Source: a virus
Length of the DNA stretch: 64,000 bases
IMG/VR virus record: IMGVR_UViG_3300002835_000063
Location: 44,881 to 108,880 of that record
Strand: one strand, 5' to 3'
Below are positions 1-8,918 of the stretch, piece after piece. The position numbers and the translations under genes were made by a program. Position 1 is the first letter of the stretch, and the number at the start of each line of letters is the position of its first letter. Below the pieces are notes generated by a model that was not told the origin of the DNA, searched no databases, and saw only the letters and a list, made by a program, of their open reading frames with translations.

Positions 1-1
1 T

Positions 2-1183
2 GATGACCTAGTAGAAGGTTCAAACAACCTCTACTACACCGATGCAAGAGCACGTGATGCTGTAAGCGCTGGAGATAACTCCCTTACTTACAACGCAGTA
101 TCTGGTGCATTCACTGCCAACACCTCAACCCTTGCAACGGTTTCTTATGTAGACCAAGAAATCTCTGATGTAAACAACACCATTGATGCACTGACTACTT
201 CTGACATCGCCGAGGGAACTAATGAGTACTTTACTCAAGACCGTGCTCGTCAGTCAATTAGCGCCGGAGACAACTCTCTTACTTACAACGCAGTATCTGG
301 TGTTCTAACTGCCAACACTTCAACCCTTGCAACTGTAAGCTACGTTAACTCGGTTGTTGAAGGTCTTCACATTCACGCATCTGCTGTGGCTGCAACCACC
401 GGAAACATTAGCATCTCTAATGACCTAGAAGTCGGAGATGTTATTGACGGCGTTACCCTTGCTTCAGGCGACCGTGTTCTTGTCAAGAACCAGAACACCG
501 CGTCTGAAAATGGTATTTACGTAGTTCAGCCATCTGGTGCAGCTATTCGCGCAGCTGACTTTGACCAGCCAGCAGAGGTTGACGGTGGTGACTTTATCTT
601 CGTAACCGGAGGTACCATCAATGACAACACTGGTTGGGTACAGACATCTACCGGTGTAGTAACAATTGGAACTGACCCAATTTACTTCACTCAGTTCTCT
701 GGTTCAGGCACTTTCACCGCAGGTAATGGTCTAACTCTAGACGGAACCCAGTTCAACGTAGGTGGCACTGCAGATCGCATTACCGTAACTGCTGACGCTG
801 TTGACATTTCTGCCAGCTACGTCGGTCAAAGCTCAATTACCACGGTTGGAACTATTAGTACTGGTACATGGCAAGGCAACACGGTTGCTATTGCTTATGG
901 TGGTACTGGTGCAACCACCGCTGCAGGTGCTCGCTCAAACCTTGGTGCAACTACCAAATATGCAGCTAGCAACACTCTTTTAGAGCCAACTAGCAACGTA
1001 GTTACTTGGGCCATTACTCACAACCTAAACACCTCGGACGTGTCTGTTCAGATTCGTGACCTAGGCACCAACGCCGAGGTATTTGTAGACGTGGCAATCA
1101 CCAACGCAAATACCGTAACCCTATCGTGGAACTCTTCTGCCAACGTAGCTGCTGACAGCTACCGAGCAGTAGTGGTCGGATAA
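2..1183 (+). CDS. Phage fibre/virion structural protein, 5'-truncated by the window edge
   Basis: The frame of the 386..1183 ORF is open back to base 2 (DDLVEGSNNLYYTDARARDAVSAGDNSLTYN...). It has two 65-aa repeats and a GDRVLVKNQ...NGIY...FTQFSG module typical of phage tail-fibre proteins. Confidence 0.8.
   Translation, partial: DDLVEGSNNLYYTDARARDAVSAGDNSLTYNAVSGAFTANTSTLATVSYVDQEISDVNNTIDALTTSDIAEGTNEYFTQDRARQSISAGDNSLTYNAVSGVLTANTSTLATVSYVNSVVEGLHIHASAVAATTGNISISNDLEVGDVIDGVTLASGDRVLVKNQNTASENGIYVVQPSGAAIRAADFDQPAEVDGGDFIFVTGGTINDNTGWVQTSTGVVTIGTDPIYFTQFSGSGTFTAGNGLTLDGTQFNVGGTADRITVTADAVDISASYVGQSSITTVGTISTGTWQGNTVAIAYGGTGATTAAGARSNLGATTKYAASNTLLEPTSNVVTWAITHNLNTSDVSVQIRDLGTNAEVFVDVAITNANTVTLSWNSSANVAADSYRAVVVG
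65..345 (+). repeat. Imperfect direct repeat, 195-nt period (SAGDNSLTYNAVSGxxTANTSTLATVSYV)
   Basis: cttacttacaacgcagtatctggtg occurs at about 82 and about 277. Confidence 0.85.
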
Positions 1184-1218
1184 TTACAGTAAAATAGAAC
1201 GAAAGAAAGAGGTCACCG

Positions 1219-1446
1219 GTGTCTATTAAGTTTTTAGCGCCAATTAACGTAGTCCAAGGAACTTCATTCCCTGTGACGGCATACACCGGTGACCTTTTCT
1301 TTCGATCAGACTTAGGATCCATGTATACCTACGACGGGAACGCGTGGGTCTCAATGACAGCAGCAGACGTCACTAACGTGGATGGCGGAAACGCATCAAG
1401 CTCATACAACATTAATTACGACGGTGGCGGACCGTCTACTTTTTAG
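1219..1446 (+). CDS. Small virion-associated protein (75 aa)
   Basis: GTG start after AAGAGG; GDLFFRSD...YTYDGNAW motif as seen in phage fibre proteins; two DGG motifs at the C-terminus. Confidence 0.65.
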   Translation: MSIKFLAPINVVQGTSFPVTAYTGDLFFRSDLGSMYTYDGNAWVSMTAADVTNVDGGNASSSYNINYDGGGPSTF

Positions 1447-1465
1447 GATATAAGGAAATAAGACA

Positions 1466-3688
1466 ATGGCAGTCAGAATTCAGTTTAGGCGCGGAACAGC
1501 CGCAGAGTGGGTAGCCGCCAATCCGACGCTGGCAGTAGGAGAGCTTGGTCACGAGACCGATACCGGCCAGTTTAAGATCGGTAACGGATCAGCCGACTGG
1601 GCAAACCTTGTCTACTCTTCTGTGAGTGAATCATATGTCGATAATGCTATTGCAAATATAATTGACCTTGCTCCAGCAACTCTTGACACTCTAAATGAGC
1701 TAGCAGCAGCACTCGGGGACGACCCAGACTTTTTTAATACCGTTGCCAACAATCTAACCGCCCACATCTCAGACACAAGCGTTCACGGGATAGAAAATAC
1801 TTTAGAACTTGCAACTAGTACTGATGTAGCAAACATTTTGGGACAACACTCAGGATCAACAGTTAACGTTCATGGAATTGCAAATACTGCTGAACTAGTA
1901 CTAAATTCACAACTAGCAGACTACACCACTACCGCCAATTTAGTCAATACTTATGCTACTATTGCATCTCTAGCAGACTATGCAACCACAGCAAACGCAG
2001 TTTTAACCACTCCAAGTATCAATGACGCTACTATCAATAATGTTTCTGTAGTTGGAACTGTTACTCTGCCAGATACCACTTCTATTGGAGGTGTTAGTGC
2101 TACTGAAATATCATATTTAAACAATGTAAGTTCTAGTATTCAAAATCAGCTAAACGATAAAGCACCAACTGACAATGCAATTTTCACTGGAAATATTTCT
2201 CTGCCAGCGACAACATCTATTGGAGATGTAAGCGCCACCGAAATTGGATATCTAGACAACGTAAGTTCAAATATTCAGGTTCAGTTGGATGCTAAGGCCC
2301 CAACAGCTAATGCTAGCTTCACCGGATCTATTGCCTTGCCAGCTACTACATCTATTGGAGACATTAGCTCTGCTGAAATTGGATATCTAGATAACGTAAG
2401 TTCCAATATTCAAGCTCAGTTGGATGCCAAGCTTTCCACTTCTTCAGCTGCTAGCATTTACGCCCCACTATCTGACCCAACATTTATTAGCACTGTTACC
2501 CTGCCAGCTAATACTACGATTGGTTTAGTTACCGGTACAGAAATCGGATATTTAGATAACGTAACTTCTAATATTCAGACTCAGCTGGATGCAAAGGCCC
2601 CGACAGCCAACCCCACCTTTACAGGCACCGTTTCTGGTATTACAGCAACAATGGTTGGACTTGGAAGCGTTGACAATACCGCTGATTTAGACAAGCCAAT
2701 TTCTAACGCAACTCAGAGTGCTCTTGATGCCAAGCTAAGCCTAAGCGGCGGAACAATGACTGGCAAGATTACTCTTGACGGAGATCCATCACAGGCACTG
2801 CACGCTGCTACTAAGCAGTATGTAGACAATCTTGCAGCCGGTCTCCACATCCACGAGGCCGCTCACGCAGCGACTACCGACACACTGGCAAACTTAATAG
2901 CTTCAACTGTTACATATGACAATGGAACTGATGGAGTTGGAGCTACCCTAAGCTTGGGAGCAAACCTAACTACACTTGATGGCCACACACTAAACAATGG
3001 TGACAGAATTTTGGTTAAGAACCAAGCAAACGCTGCTCACAACGGTATTTATGTTCGCACTTCGGCCACCCTACTAACCAGAGCTGATGACTTCAACAGC
3101 GCCGCCGAGATTGCTGGTGGAGATCTAGTATTCGTAGAAAATGGAACTCTCTACAACAGCACTGCCTGGGTAGTCGAGAACGAAGTAAGTACTGTAGGAA
3201 CTGATGACATTCTTTGGGCTCAGTTCTCTGGAGCTGGAACGGTTACTGCTGGAACCAATATTCAGGTAGACGGTCTTCAAGTTTCGGTAATTTCTAACCC
3301 AACTTTTGCAAACGTTGTAACGGCAAGCAGCGGTGTTGCTTTCTCAGATGGAACTCAGACCAAACAGGGTGTCCCCTCAATAACGGTAATTAGCCCTAAG
3401 AGTGGTTCCTACACCTTAGCAAGCTTAGACGAGCGCGACACAATCATTGAGATCAGCAATACAAGTGCTACCACACTCACTATTCCACTTGATTCGACCC
3501 TAAACTTCCCGGTTGGAACCACATTGGACATCATCCAAACCAACACCGGGCAAGTGACCATAGCTGGCGAGGGTGGAGTAACCGTAAACGCCACCCCAGG
3601 CCTAAAACTAAGGGCCCGCTGGTCATCTGCTACACTATTAAAGCGAGCAGCAAACACTTGGCTGGTATACGGCGACCTGAGCGCTTAA
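1466..3688 (+). CDS. Tail-fibre-like protein with Mtd_N/hyaluronidase-N-type N-terminal domain
   Basis: N-terminus RIQFRRGTAAEW..ANPTLAVGELGHETDT..FKIGNG; DTLNELAAALGDD motif; about four LPATTSIG..SATEIGYLDNVSSNIQxQLDAK repeats; GDRILVKNQ module; AAGGA RBS. Confidence 0.8.
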   Translation: MAVRIQFRRGTAAEWVAANPTLAVGELGHETDTGQFKIGNGSADWANLVYSSVSESYVDNAIANIIDLAPATLDTLNELAAALGDDPDFFNTVANNLTAHISDTSVHGIENTLELATSTDVANILGQHSGSTVNVHGIANTAELVLNSQLADYTTTANLVNTYATIASLADYATTANAVLTTPSINDATINNVSVVGTVTLPDTTSIGGVSATEISYLNNVSSSIQNQLNDKAPTDNAIFTGNISLPATTSIGDVSATEIGYLDNVSSNIQVQLDAKAPTANASFTGSIALPATTSIGDISSAEIGYLDNVSSNIQAQLDAKLSTSSAASIYAPLSDPTFISTVTLPANTTIGLVTGTEIGYLDNVTSNIQTQLDAKAPTANPTFTGTVSGITATMVGLGSVDNTADLDKPISNATQSALDAKLSLSGGTMTGKITLDGDPSQALHAATKQYVDNLAAGLHIHEAAHAATTDTLANLIASTVTYDNGTDGVGATLSLGANLTTLDGHTLNNGDRILVKNQANAAHNGIYVRTSATLLTRADDFNSAAEIAGGDLVFVENGTLYNSTAWVVENEVSTVGTDDILWAQFSGAGTVTAGTNIQVDGLQVSVISNPTFANVVTASSGVAFSDGTQTKQGVPSITVISPKSGSYTLASLDERDTIIEISNTSATTLTIPLDSTLNFPVGTTLDIIQTNTGQVTIAGEGGVTVNATPGLKLRARWSSATLLKRAANTWLVYGDLSA

Positions 3689-3703
3689 TTAGGAGAGAAT
3701 TAA

Positions 3704-5080
3704 ATGAGCAAGAGAGCTGGAAGAAAGTCTCAGGCTTCTAATGACTTTTTAGAGCCAAAAGCCCCGATTAACGTATCTGCTACGGACGTTGGAACTGCCC
3801 GTGCCTACAATGATGGCGCTGCTAGCGTTTCTTTCGAGTTACCAGGAGACTCGCCAGCCGCTACTTCTTATGAAGTTAAAGCATATAAAAATGGAACCAC
3901 TCTCGACACTACCGCAACTGGAACAACGGGGGCAAGCTCTCCTATCACAGTTGGCGGGCTAGATTCTGCCACTGGATATACTTTTACAGTATCTGCAACT
4001 AACGCTGCTGGCACATCGGCAGATTCAGCCGCATCTGCTTCTGTAACCATTACAACCGTCCCACAGGCTCCGCAAAGCCCATCAGCCACTTCTACAACTG
4101 CTAATCAAGACATCATCTCTTGGTCAAACGGTGCTAATGGTGGGAAAGCCATAACTAGCACATATTTTGTGTCAAGTGACCAGACCACAAATCCAGGCAA
4201 CGTAACCATGACCACCAACCCATGGACTGAGCCAGAAAACGGTGGTTCAACGCAGAACTATACTCTGTATCACGTAAACGATAATGGAACCTCAGCAGGC
4301 GCTTCTACCGCTAACGTAACTACGATTGCACCATTCTTCCCACCATTCTTCCCACCGTTCTTCCCATTCTTCCCGCCTTTCTTCCCGTTCTTCCCACCGT
4401 TCTTCCCACCGTTCTTCCCACCATTCTTCCCACCATTCTTCCCGTTCTTCCCACCTTTCTTCCCACCGTTCTTCCCGCCATTCTTCCCACCATTCTTCCC
4501 ACCGTTCTTCCCACCGATGTTCCCATTCTTCCCACCGTTCTTCCCACCGTTCTTCCCACCGATGTTCCCATTCTTCCCACCGTTCTTCCCACCTAGATTC
4601 CTATGTATTGAAGAAAACACAATGATCTTGACACCTAGAGGAGAGATCGCGGCTAAGGATCTTCGAGCAGGAGATACGGTATTGTCAATAGCAATTAATG
4701 AGATTGGCAATAACTCTGTTACCCCAATTGAATTCACTGTTGGTGCAACTTTGACGAGCACATCGCAGCTAGTCGAGACAAAGATTGTTGGAATTCTAGA
4801 GACCGTAAAGACCGGAATAACTTACTTCAACGGTAGGTCAGAGGCCAGATATTCTAGCCAGCAGCCACTGTTTGTTAAGTCTGATGGAGAATTCCAGGTA
4901 AAGATTGTTTCTAACATTAAGCTTGGAGATGCTCTCCTGCTGATTAATCCAGATGGAACATACACCGAAGAAGAGGTAACCGAAATTACTCTAGTTTCGG
5001 AGCCGGCCAATGTATTCCAATTCTCCTGCGAGCCATATCACTGGTTTATAGCTGGTGGCTACTTGGCCCACAATAAGTAA
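3704..5080 (+). CDS. FN3-domain protein with (PPFF)n tract and C-terminal Hint (intein-like) domain
   Basis: FN3-like segment (YTFTVSATNAAGTS); residues 210-297 almost only Pro/Phe; then CIEENTMILTPRG..AAKDLRAGDTVLS ... HWFIAGGYLAHNK*, matching Hint blocks A and F/G; AGGAG RBS. Confidence 0.85.
   Translation: MSKRAGRKSQASNDFLEPKAPINVSATDVGTARAYNDGAASVSFELPGDSPAATSYEVKAYKNGTTLDTTATGTTGASSPITVGGLDSATGYTFTVSATNAAGTSADSAASASVTITTVPQAPQSPSATSTTANQDIISWSNGANGGKAITSTYFVSSDQTTNPGNVTMTTNPWTEPENGGSTQNYTLYHVNDNGTSAGASTANVTTIAPFFPPFFPPFFPFFPPFFPFFPPFFPPFFPPFFPPFFPFFPPFFPPFFPPFFPPFFPPFFPPMFPFFPPFFPPFFPPMFPFFPPFFPPRFLCIEENTMILTPRGEIAAKDLRAGDTVLSIAINEIGNNSVTPIEFTVGATLTSTSQLVETKIVGILETVKTGITYFNGRSEARYSSQQPLFVKSDGEFQVKIVSNIKLGDALLLINPDGTYTEEEVTEITLVSEPANVFQFSCEPYHWFIAGGYLAHNK
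4331..4594 (+). repeat. Coding tandem repeat of 12-nt (PPFF) and 9-nt (PFF) units, 88 codons
   Basis: ccN ccN ttc ttc units; Pro third positions vary (cca/ccg/cct) while Phe is ttc; 22 FF and 2 MF dipeptides counted. Confidence 0.95.
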
Positions 5081-5098
5081 AAGCAGTACTACTAAACT

Positions 5099-5137
5099 AC
5101 CCCCCTTATGATTAGTAAGGGGGGGTGTTTATTTTTT
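5099..5137 (+). terminator. Intrinsic terminator after the PPFF-Hint gene
   Basis: cccccctta-tgattag-taagggggg hairpin followed by tgtttattttt. Confidence 0.8.
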
Positions 5138-5186
5138 AACTTTAATCACTATAATTGAATAGAGTGGTTTAACAGAAAGAATTTAT

Positions 5187-5921
5187 ATGAATACTTGGTT
5201 CACAAAAGACAGATCAGAGACTGACTCTAATCGAATGCCCCCAAGACCACTGGGCCAAAAAATACAAGTATTAAACCCTGCCTTAGGGATAAATGTATAT
5301 CGTGGCGCAATAACAAAAGAAGAGGGCAGGGCTTGCGTAGACATTTTAGAGTCAACCTTAAATGGCCAAACTCAATACAAATGGAGTGATGCTCAAGTTA
5401 CAAATTCTTCAAAGGCTAACCTAGAAGCAAGAAATGCCAAAGATTTTAAATTTAATTCGACTGGCCTAGGGCCAAAAAATGAAGAAAATGAAAAATTATA
5501 TGAAATGCACGAAAAAATTTTTAGGGCAGTAAAAGCATGTGTAGATGATTATGGTTATTACTGGGGCGTTGGGATAATGTCATATGAGGCTTTTAACTTT
5601 GTTAAGTATGAAGGAGCCGGGACCCACTTTAAAATTCACGCAGATCATGGCCCAACATATGTAACTACGGTGTCTATTGTCGTGTATCTCAACGATGATT
5701 ATGAGGGGGGAGAACTTTGGTTTCCCCGATTTGATTTAACCCTAAAACCACAAGCTGGAGATATAGCAGTTTTTCCGTCAACATACATCTACGAACACGC
5801 TTCGCAGGACATGATTAGTGGGACTAAGTATTCTGTTGTCATTATGAGCGACTATAATGACAGAGATAATGTAAACCAAAGAGTGCCTCAAACCATTCAA
5901 AATTATCAACTTAAGTACTAG
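5187..5921 (+). CDS. 2OG-Fe(II) oxygenase, prolyl-4-hydroxylase-like (1)
   Basis: HAD...VYLNDDYEGGEL.F...FPS...EH...GTKYS. Confidence 0.9.
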   Translation: MNTWFTKDRSETDSNRMPPRPLGQKIQVLNPALGINVYRGAITKEEGRACVDILESTLNGQTQYKWSDAQVTNSSKANLEARNAKDFKFNSTGLGPKNEENEKLYEMHEKIFRAVKACVDDYGYYWGVGIMSYEAFNFVKYEGAGTHFKIHADHGPTYVTTVSIVVYLNDDYEGGELWFPRFDLTLKPQAGDIAVFPSTYIYEHASQDMISGTKYSVVIMSDYNDRDNVNQRVPQTIQNYQLKY

Positions 5922-5932
5922 AAAGAGCCAAA

Positions 5933-6703
5933 GTGTCAGAACAGATCAACAAAACCGAAGAAGAAGTACGCCTAGAGGCAGAACAAAAAAGTAAAGAAGA
6001 GCAAAAAAATATACACGAGCGGCTAGTAAATTGGTACAAAATTGACGAGGTGACTTGGAGTTCAGCAGAAGAAATTGTTCCTGGCAGCGGCATTTGGGTA
6101 TACCATGATGTTTTGCCCGCCGAGATGAATATAATTTCTCGGTTAGAAGAAGTTTTAGATAATCCAGAAAATAACTATCAGTACCAAGAAGCAATGGTCG
6201 GATATGCAATGAAAATCCCGGAGTACCGAGACTGCGTAGATTTTAAATACAAAGAGAATGACTTTGACAATGATCAGTCAGAGTGGGGTGACAAGCTTCG
6301 ACAGTTGGCAAAAGATACAAAGTATAGACAGCTACAGGTAGTAAAAGATTACACAAGAAGATATAACATCGGCGAACTTCGTTACTGGGAAGCAACCAAC
6401 TATGTTCGCTATGGAGTTGGCCAACACTTCCAGGAACATCACGATCACGGGTACTCCTACAACTGTGTAGTTTCTTTGGTTGCGTACCCAAATGACGACT
6501 ACGAAGGCGGTGAGCTTTATTTCAGATTACAAAACATAACTGCTAAAGCCCGCGCTGGCGATGTTTTTATTTTTCCCTCTAATTTTATGTACCCACACAG
6601 GGCAATGCCAGTTAAGTCTGGAGTTAAATACTCTATGGTTACTATGCTTGATTACTCAGAAAAACTACACAATCCAGAATTTTTTAAGGAGCTAGAGAAC
6701 TAG
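5933..6703 (+). CDS. 2OG-Fe(II) oxygenase, prolyl-4-hydroxylase-like (2)
   Basis: HHD...YPNDDYEGGELYF...FPSNFMYPH...GVKYS. Confidence 0.9.
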   Translation: MSEQINKTEEEVRLEAEQKSKEEQKNIHERLVNWYKIDEVTWSSAEEIVPGSGIWVYHDVLPAEMNIISRLEEVLDNPENNYQYQEAMVGYAMKIPEYRDCVDFKYKENDFDNDQSEWGDKLRQLAKDTKYRQLQVVKDYTRRYNIGELRYWEATNYVRYGVGQHFQEHHDHGYSYNCVVSLVAYPNDDYEGGELYFRLQNITAKARAGDVFIFPSNFMYPHRAMPVKSGVKYSMVTMLDYSEKLHNPEFFKELEN

Positions 6704-7449
6704 TGTCAATAGTTTCGATACAAAAGCTTTTTAAAGAGGGAGACGTTGCAAATATTGAGCAACTTCCAGCCCGTAGAGACTGGATGGATCAAACTCAGGA
6801 CAAACATGCCTACATGTGTTTTCCCTTAAATCTAACAAACAGGCTTGGTTGGTCAATATCTTTTCCGGAGGATATTTCTTTTATTTGGGACGGAGTAACA
6901 GATACTTCTCCAGATCATGTAAAAATTTTAAAAGGAGAAAAATTTGTTCACCCAACTAGGGGAAATGCAACAATTAGTTTTTTAACTGGTTTAAAGTTCA
7001 CAACAGACCAAAATACTTCTATATTGGCAATGCCAGTACCCAACTTGTTTATCAGGGGGGCGCAGTGCTACACAACTCTGATGAGCACCTCTTTTTATAT
7101 ACACATGCTTCCACTGGCCTGGAGAATTACTGAACCAAACATAGAAATAGAAATACCAGCCGGAACCCCCGTAGCTTCAATTTTGCCAATCTCTTTAACA
7201 AATCTAGAGAACGACTACGAACTTCAAATTACCGAGGACCTGCCAGACGGATCCTACTGGGAAGAAGTTAGAAAGTATGGCGATGCAACCATAATTAAAA
7301 ATGGCGCGGGCGACTGGTCAAAAATGTATAGAGATGCCCTAGACTATAACGGAAATTCTGTTGGCTCTCATGAAACTAAATCAATAAAATTAAAAACTGT
7401 AGTATGCCCGGCTACAGGAAAAAACTATGAAATAGAGGAAACTATTTAA
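6703..7449 (+). CDS. DUF6065-like protein
   Basis: RDWMD...HAYMCFPL..TN.LGW and GTPVASILPI motifs recalled from this family; start overlaps the upstream stop. Confidence 0.65.
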   Translation: MSIVSIQKLFKEGDVANIEQLPARRDWMDQTQDKHAYMCFPLNLTNRLGWSISFPEDISFIWDGVTDTSPDHVKILKGEKFVHPTRGNATISFLTGLKFTTDQNTSILAMPVPNLFIRGAQCYTTLMSTSFYIHMLPLAWRITEPNIEIEIPAGTPVASILPISLTNLENDYELQITEDLPDGSYWEEVRKYGDATIIKNGAGDWSKMYRDALDYNGNSVGSHETKSIKLKTVVCPATGKNYEIEETI

Positions 7450-8189
7450 TGGAAACTAAAAAAATTAAGTTTGTAGTAAATAGACCTTGGTTAAGTAAAG
7501 AAAGTAGTTCTCTGCCAAAACCAACAATAAAAACTATTCCAGATTGGTACAGAGAGGGGGATCGATATGCAAAACATCCAGTAACTGGAGAGTACTGGAA
7601 AGATCCGCAGAATGGCGGAAAAATTCCAACTTGGAAAGCTTGCCCATCGGTATATGACATCATGGGCTCTGGCTATGTTTACAGGACTCCCTGCGACATT
7701 GAATTTAAAGAAAATATTTACGGACAAATAGAAGCCAAAGTTTTAGACGAAAAAAATAAAGACTTTTTGCAACTTAGAACGCCCATGCCAGGATTTAAAG
7801 CTCCAATGGGATACCACGATGTTCATTTTGCGTGGTGGGCTGATTGGGCGGTCGAATTGCCCGAGGGGTATAGTGCACTTTACTCCCAGCCGTTTAATAG
7901 ATTTGAACTGCCGTTTATTACAACTAGTGGAATTATTGATAACGACAAAGTCCATTTGCCGGGGACAATGCCATTTTTTGTTGTAAAAGGATTCCAAGGA
8001 GTTCTACCAGCAGGAACTCCGTATGCTCAGATCTTGCCATTTTTAAGAGAGCACTGGGAATCTGAAATTGTAGATTCCATAGGTTACGAAAAAATGGTAC
8101 AAAAAAATATGGACAACAGCCAAAAATACAGGGTCCCAGACGGCGGGGTTTACCAAAAAGATGTCTGGGAACGAAGAAAATACGAATAA
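7449..8189 (+). CDS. DUF6065-related protein
   Basis: IPDWY...TWKACP...D.MGSGY...SGIIDND...GTPYAQILPF.R; distant resemblance to the upstream gene. Confidence 0.55.
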   Translation: METKKIKFVVNRPWLSKESSSLPKPTIKTIPDWYREGDRYAKHPVTGEYWKDPQNGGKIPTWKACPSVYDIMGSGYVYRTPCDIEFKENIYGQIEAKVLDEKNKDFLQLRTPMPGFKAPMGYHDVHFAWWADWAVELPEGYSALYSQPFNRFELPFITTSGIIDNDKVHLPGTMPFFVVKGFQGVLPAGTPYAQILPFLREHWESEIVDSIGYEKMVQKNMDNSQKYRVPDGGVYQKDVWERRKYE

Positions 8190-8203
8190 GATAAACTAGA
8201 CCC

Positions 8204-8887
8204 ATGAGAAACGACTACACAAATAACAACATTACTCCATATATGTCAATAACCCCTTCAGGATTTTTTGGCGATTCTGCAGAAAATATTGTTGCTATTG
8301 ACGACTTTATGACCGAAGAAGAATTAACCTATCTAAACAATTTTGCTAGGAAAAATACCATGTGGGACGCAACCGAGACTCACTATAACGAAGATGGTAC
8401 AGTGATTTATGACTCTTCTTACTGGGATCATCGAGTTGCAACGGCTCCCATATTAAAAGAAGCTGATATAAAAGTAGTTGAACTAATATCTGATATGCAA
8501 GATAGATTAAAGAAAAAAGTTGATACTTTTTTCGCAGTGGATGCTCATCCCACAAGCCCGGCGCTAGTTAGGTGGCTACCCGGACAAAGACAGCAACCGC
8601 ACGCAGATAAAGAACTACATGAGGGCGAGGGCAGGGGGAAGCCAAATGACTTCCCATACTATGACATAGCTGGCCTTTTTTATATAAACGATGACTATGA
8701 GGGAGGAGAGCTATATTTCCCTAACCAAGGTATTCAATTTAAACCAAAAGCCGGATCAGCTTACTTTTTTCCAGGAGACATGAATTATATCCACGGAGTC
8801 ACAGAAATCAAGTCTGGAATTAGATATGTTTGCCCATTTTTCTGGACAATAAAAGAGCACACTGGCAACCACAAACCAAATTTATAG
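8204..8887 (+). CDS. 2OG-Fe(II) oxygenase, prolyl-4-hydroxylase-like (3)
   Basis: PHADKE...YINDDYEGGELYF...FPGD..YIHGV.....GIRY. Confidence 0.9.
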   Translation: MRNDYTNNNITPYMSITPSGFFGDSAENIVAIDDFMTEEELTYLNNFARKNTMWDATETHYNEDGTVIYDSSYWDHRVATAPILKEADIKVVELISDMQDRLKKKVDTFFAVDAHPTSPALVRWLPGQRQQPHADKELHEGEGRGKPNDFPYYDIAGLFYINDDYEGGELYFPNQGIQFKPKAGSAYFFPGDMNYIHGVTEIKSGIRYVCPFFWTIKEHTGNHKPNL

Positions 8888-8918
8888 TAGAATTATCATC
8901 AACAAGCAAGGATCTAAA

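Noticed and set aside
1466-3688. Diversity-generating retroelement target suggested by the Mtd_N-like N-terminus
   Set aside because: No reverse transcriptase and no template/variable repeat pair differing at adenines was seen in this window.
4331-4594. Repeat considered as a CRISPR array or non-coding satellite
   Set aside because: Units are 9-12 nt with no unique spacers and lie in frame within a gene; no cas operon. The Cas4-like gene at 31690 is an ordinary phage exonuclease in the replication module.
4270-4761. Antisense (GGKN)n and (GRTV)n ORFs and the alternative-frame (SSHH/SSHR)n ORF over the PPFF tract
   Set aside because: Stop-free shadows of a low-complexity repeat. Variation is synonymous in the PPFF frame, which is continuous with the FN3 and Hint domains.
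4604-5080. Classical mobile intein
   Set aside because: No homing endonuclease, only one residue (Lys, not Cys/Ser/Thr) follows His-Asn, and the host protein is not a conserved enzyme. Better treated as a terminal BIL/Hedgehog-like Hint domain.
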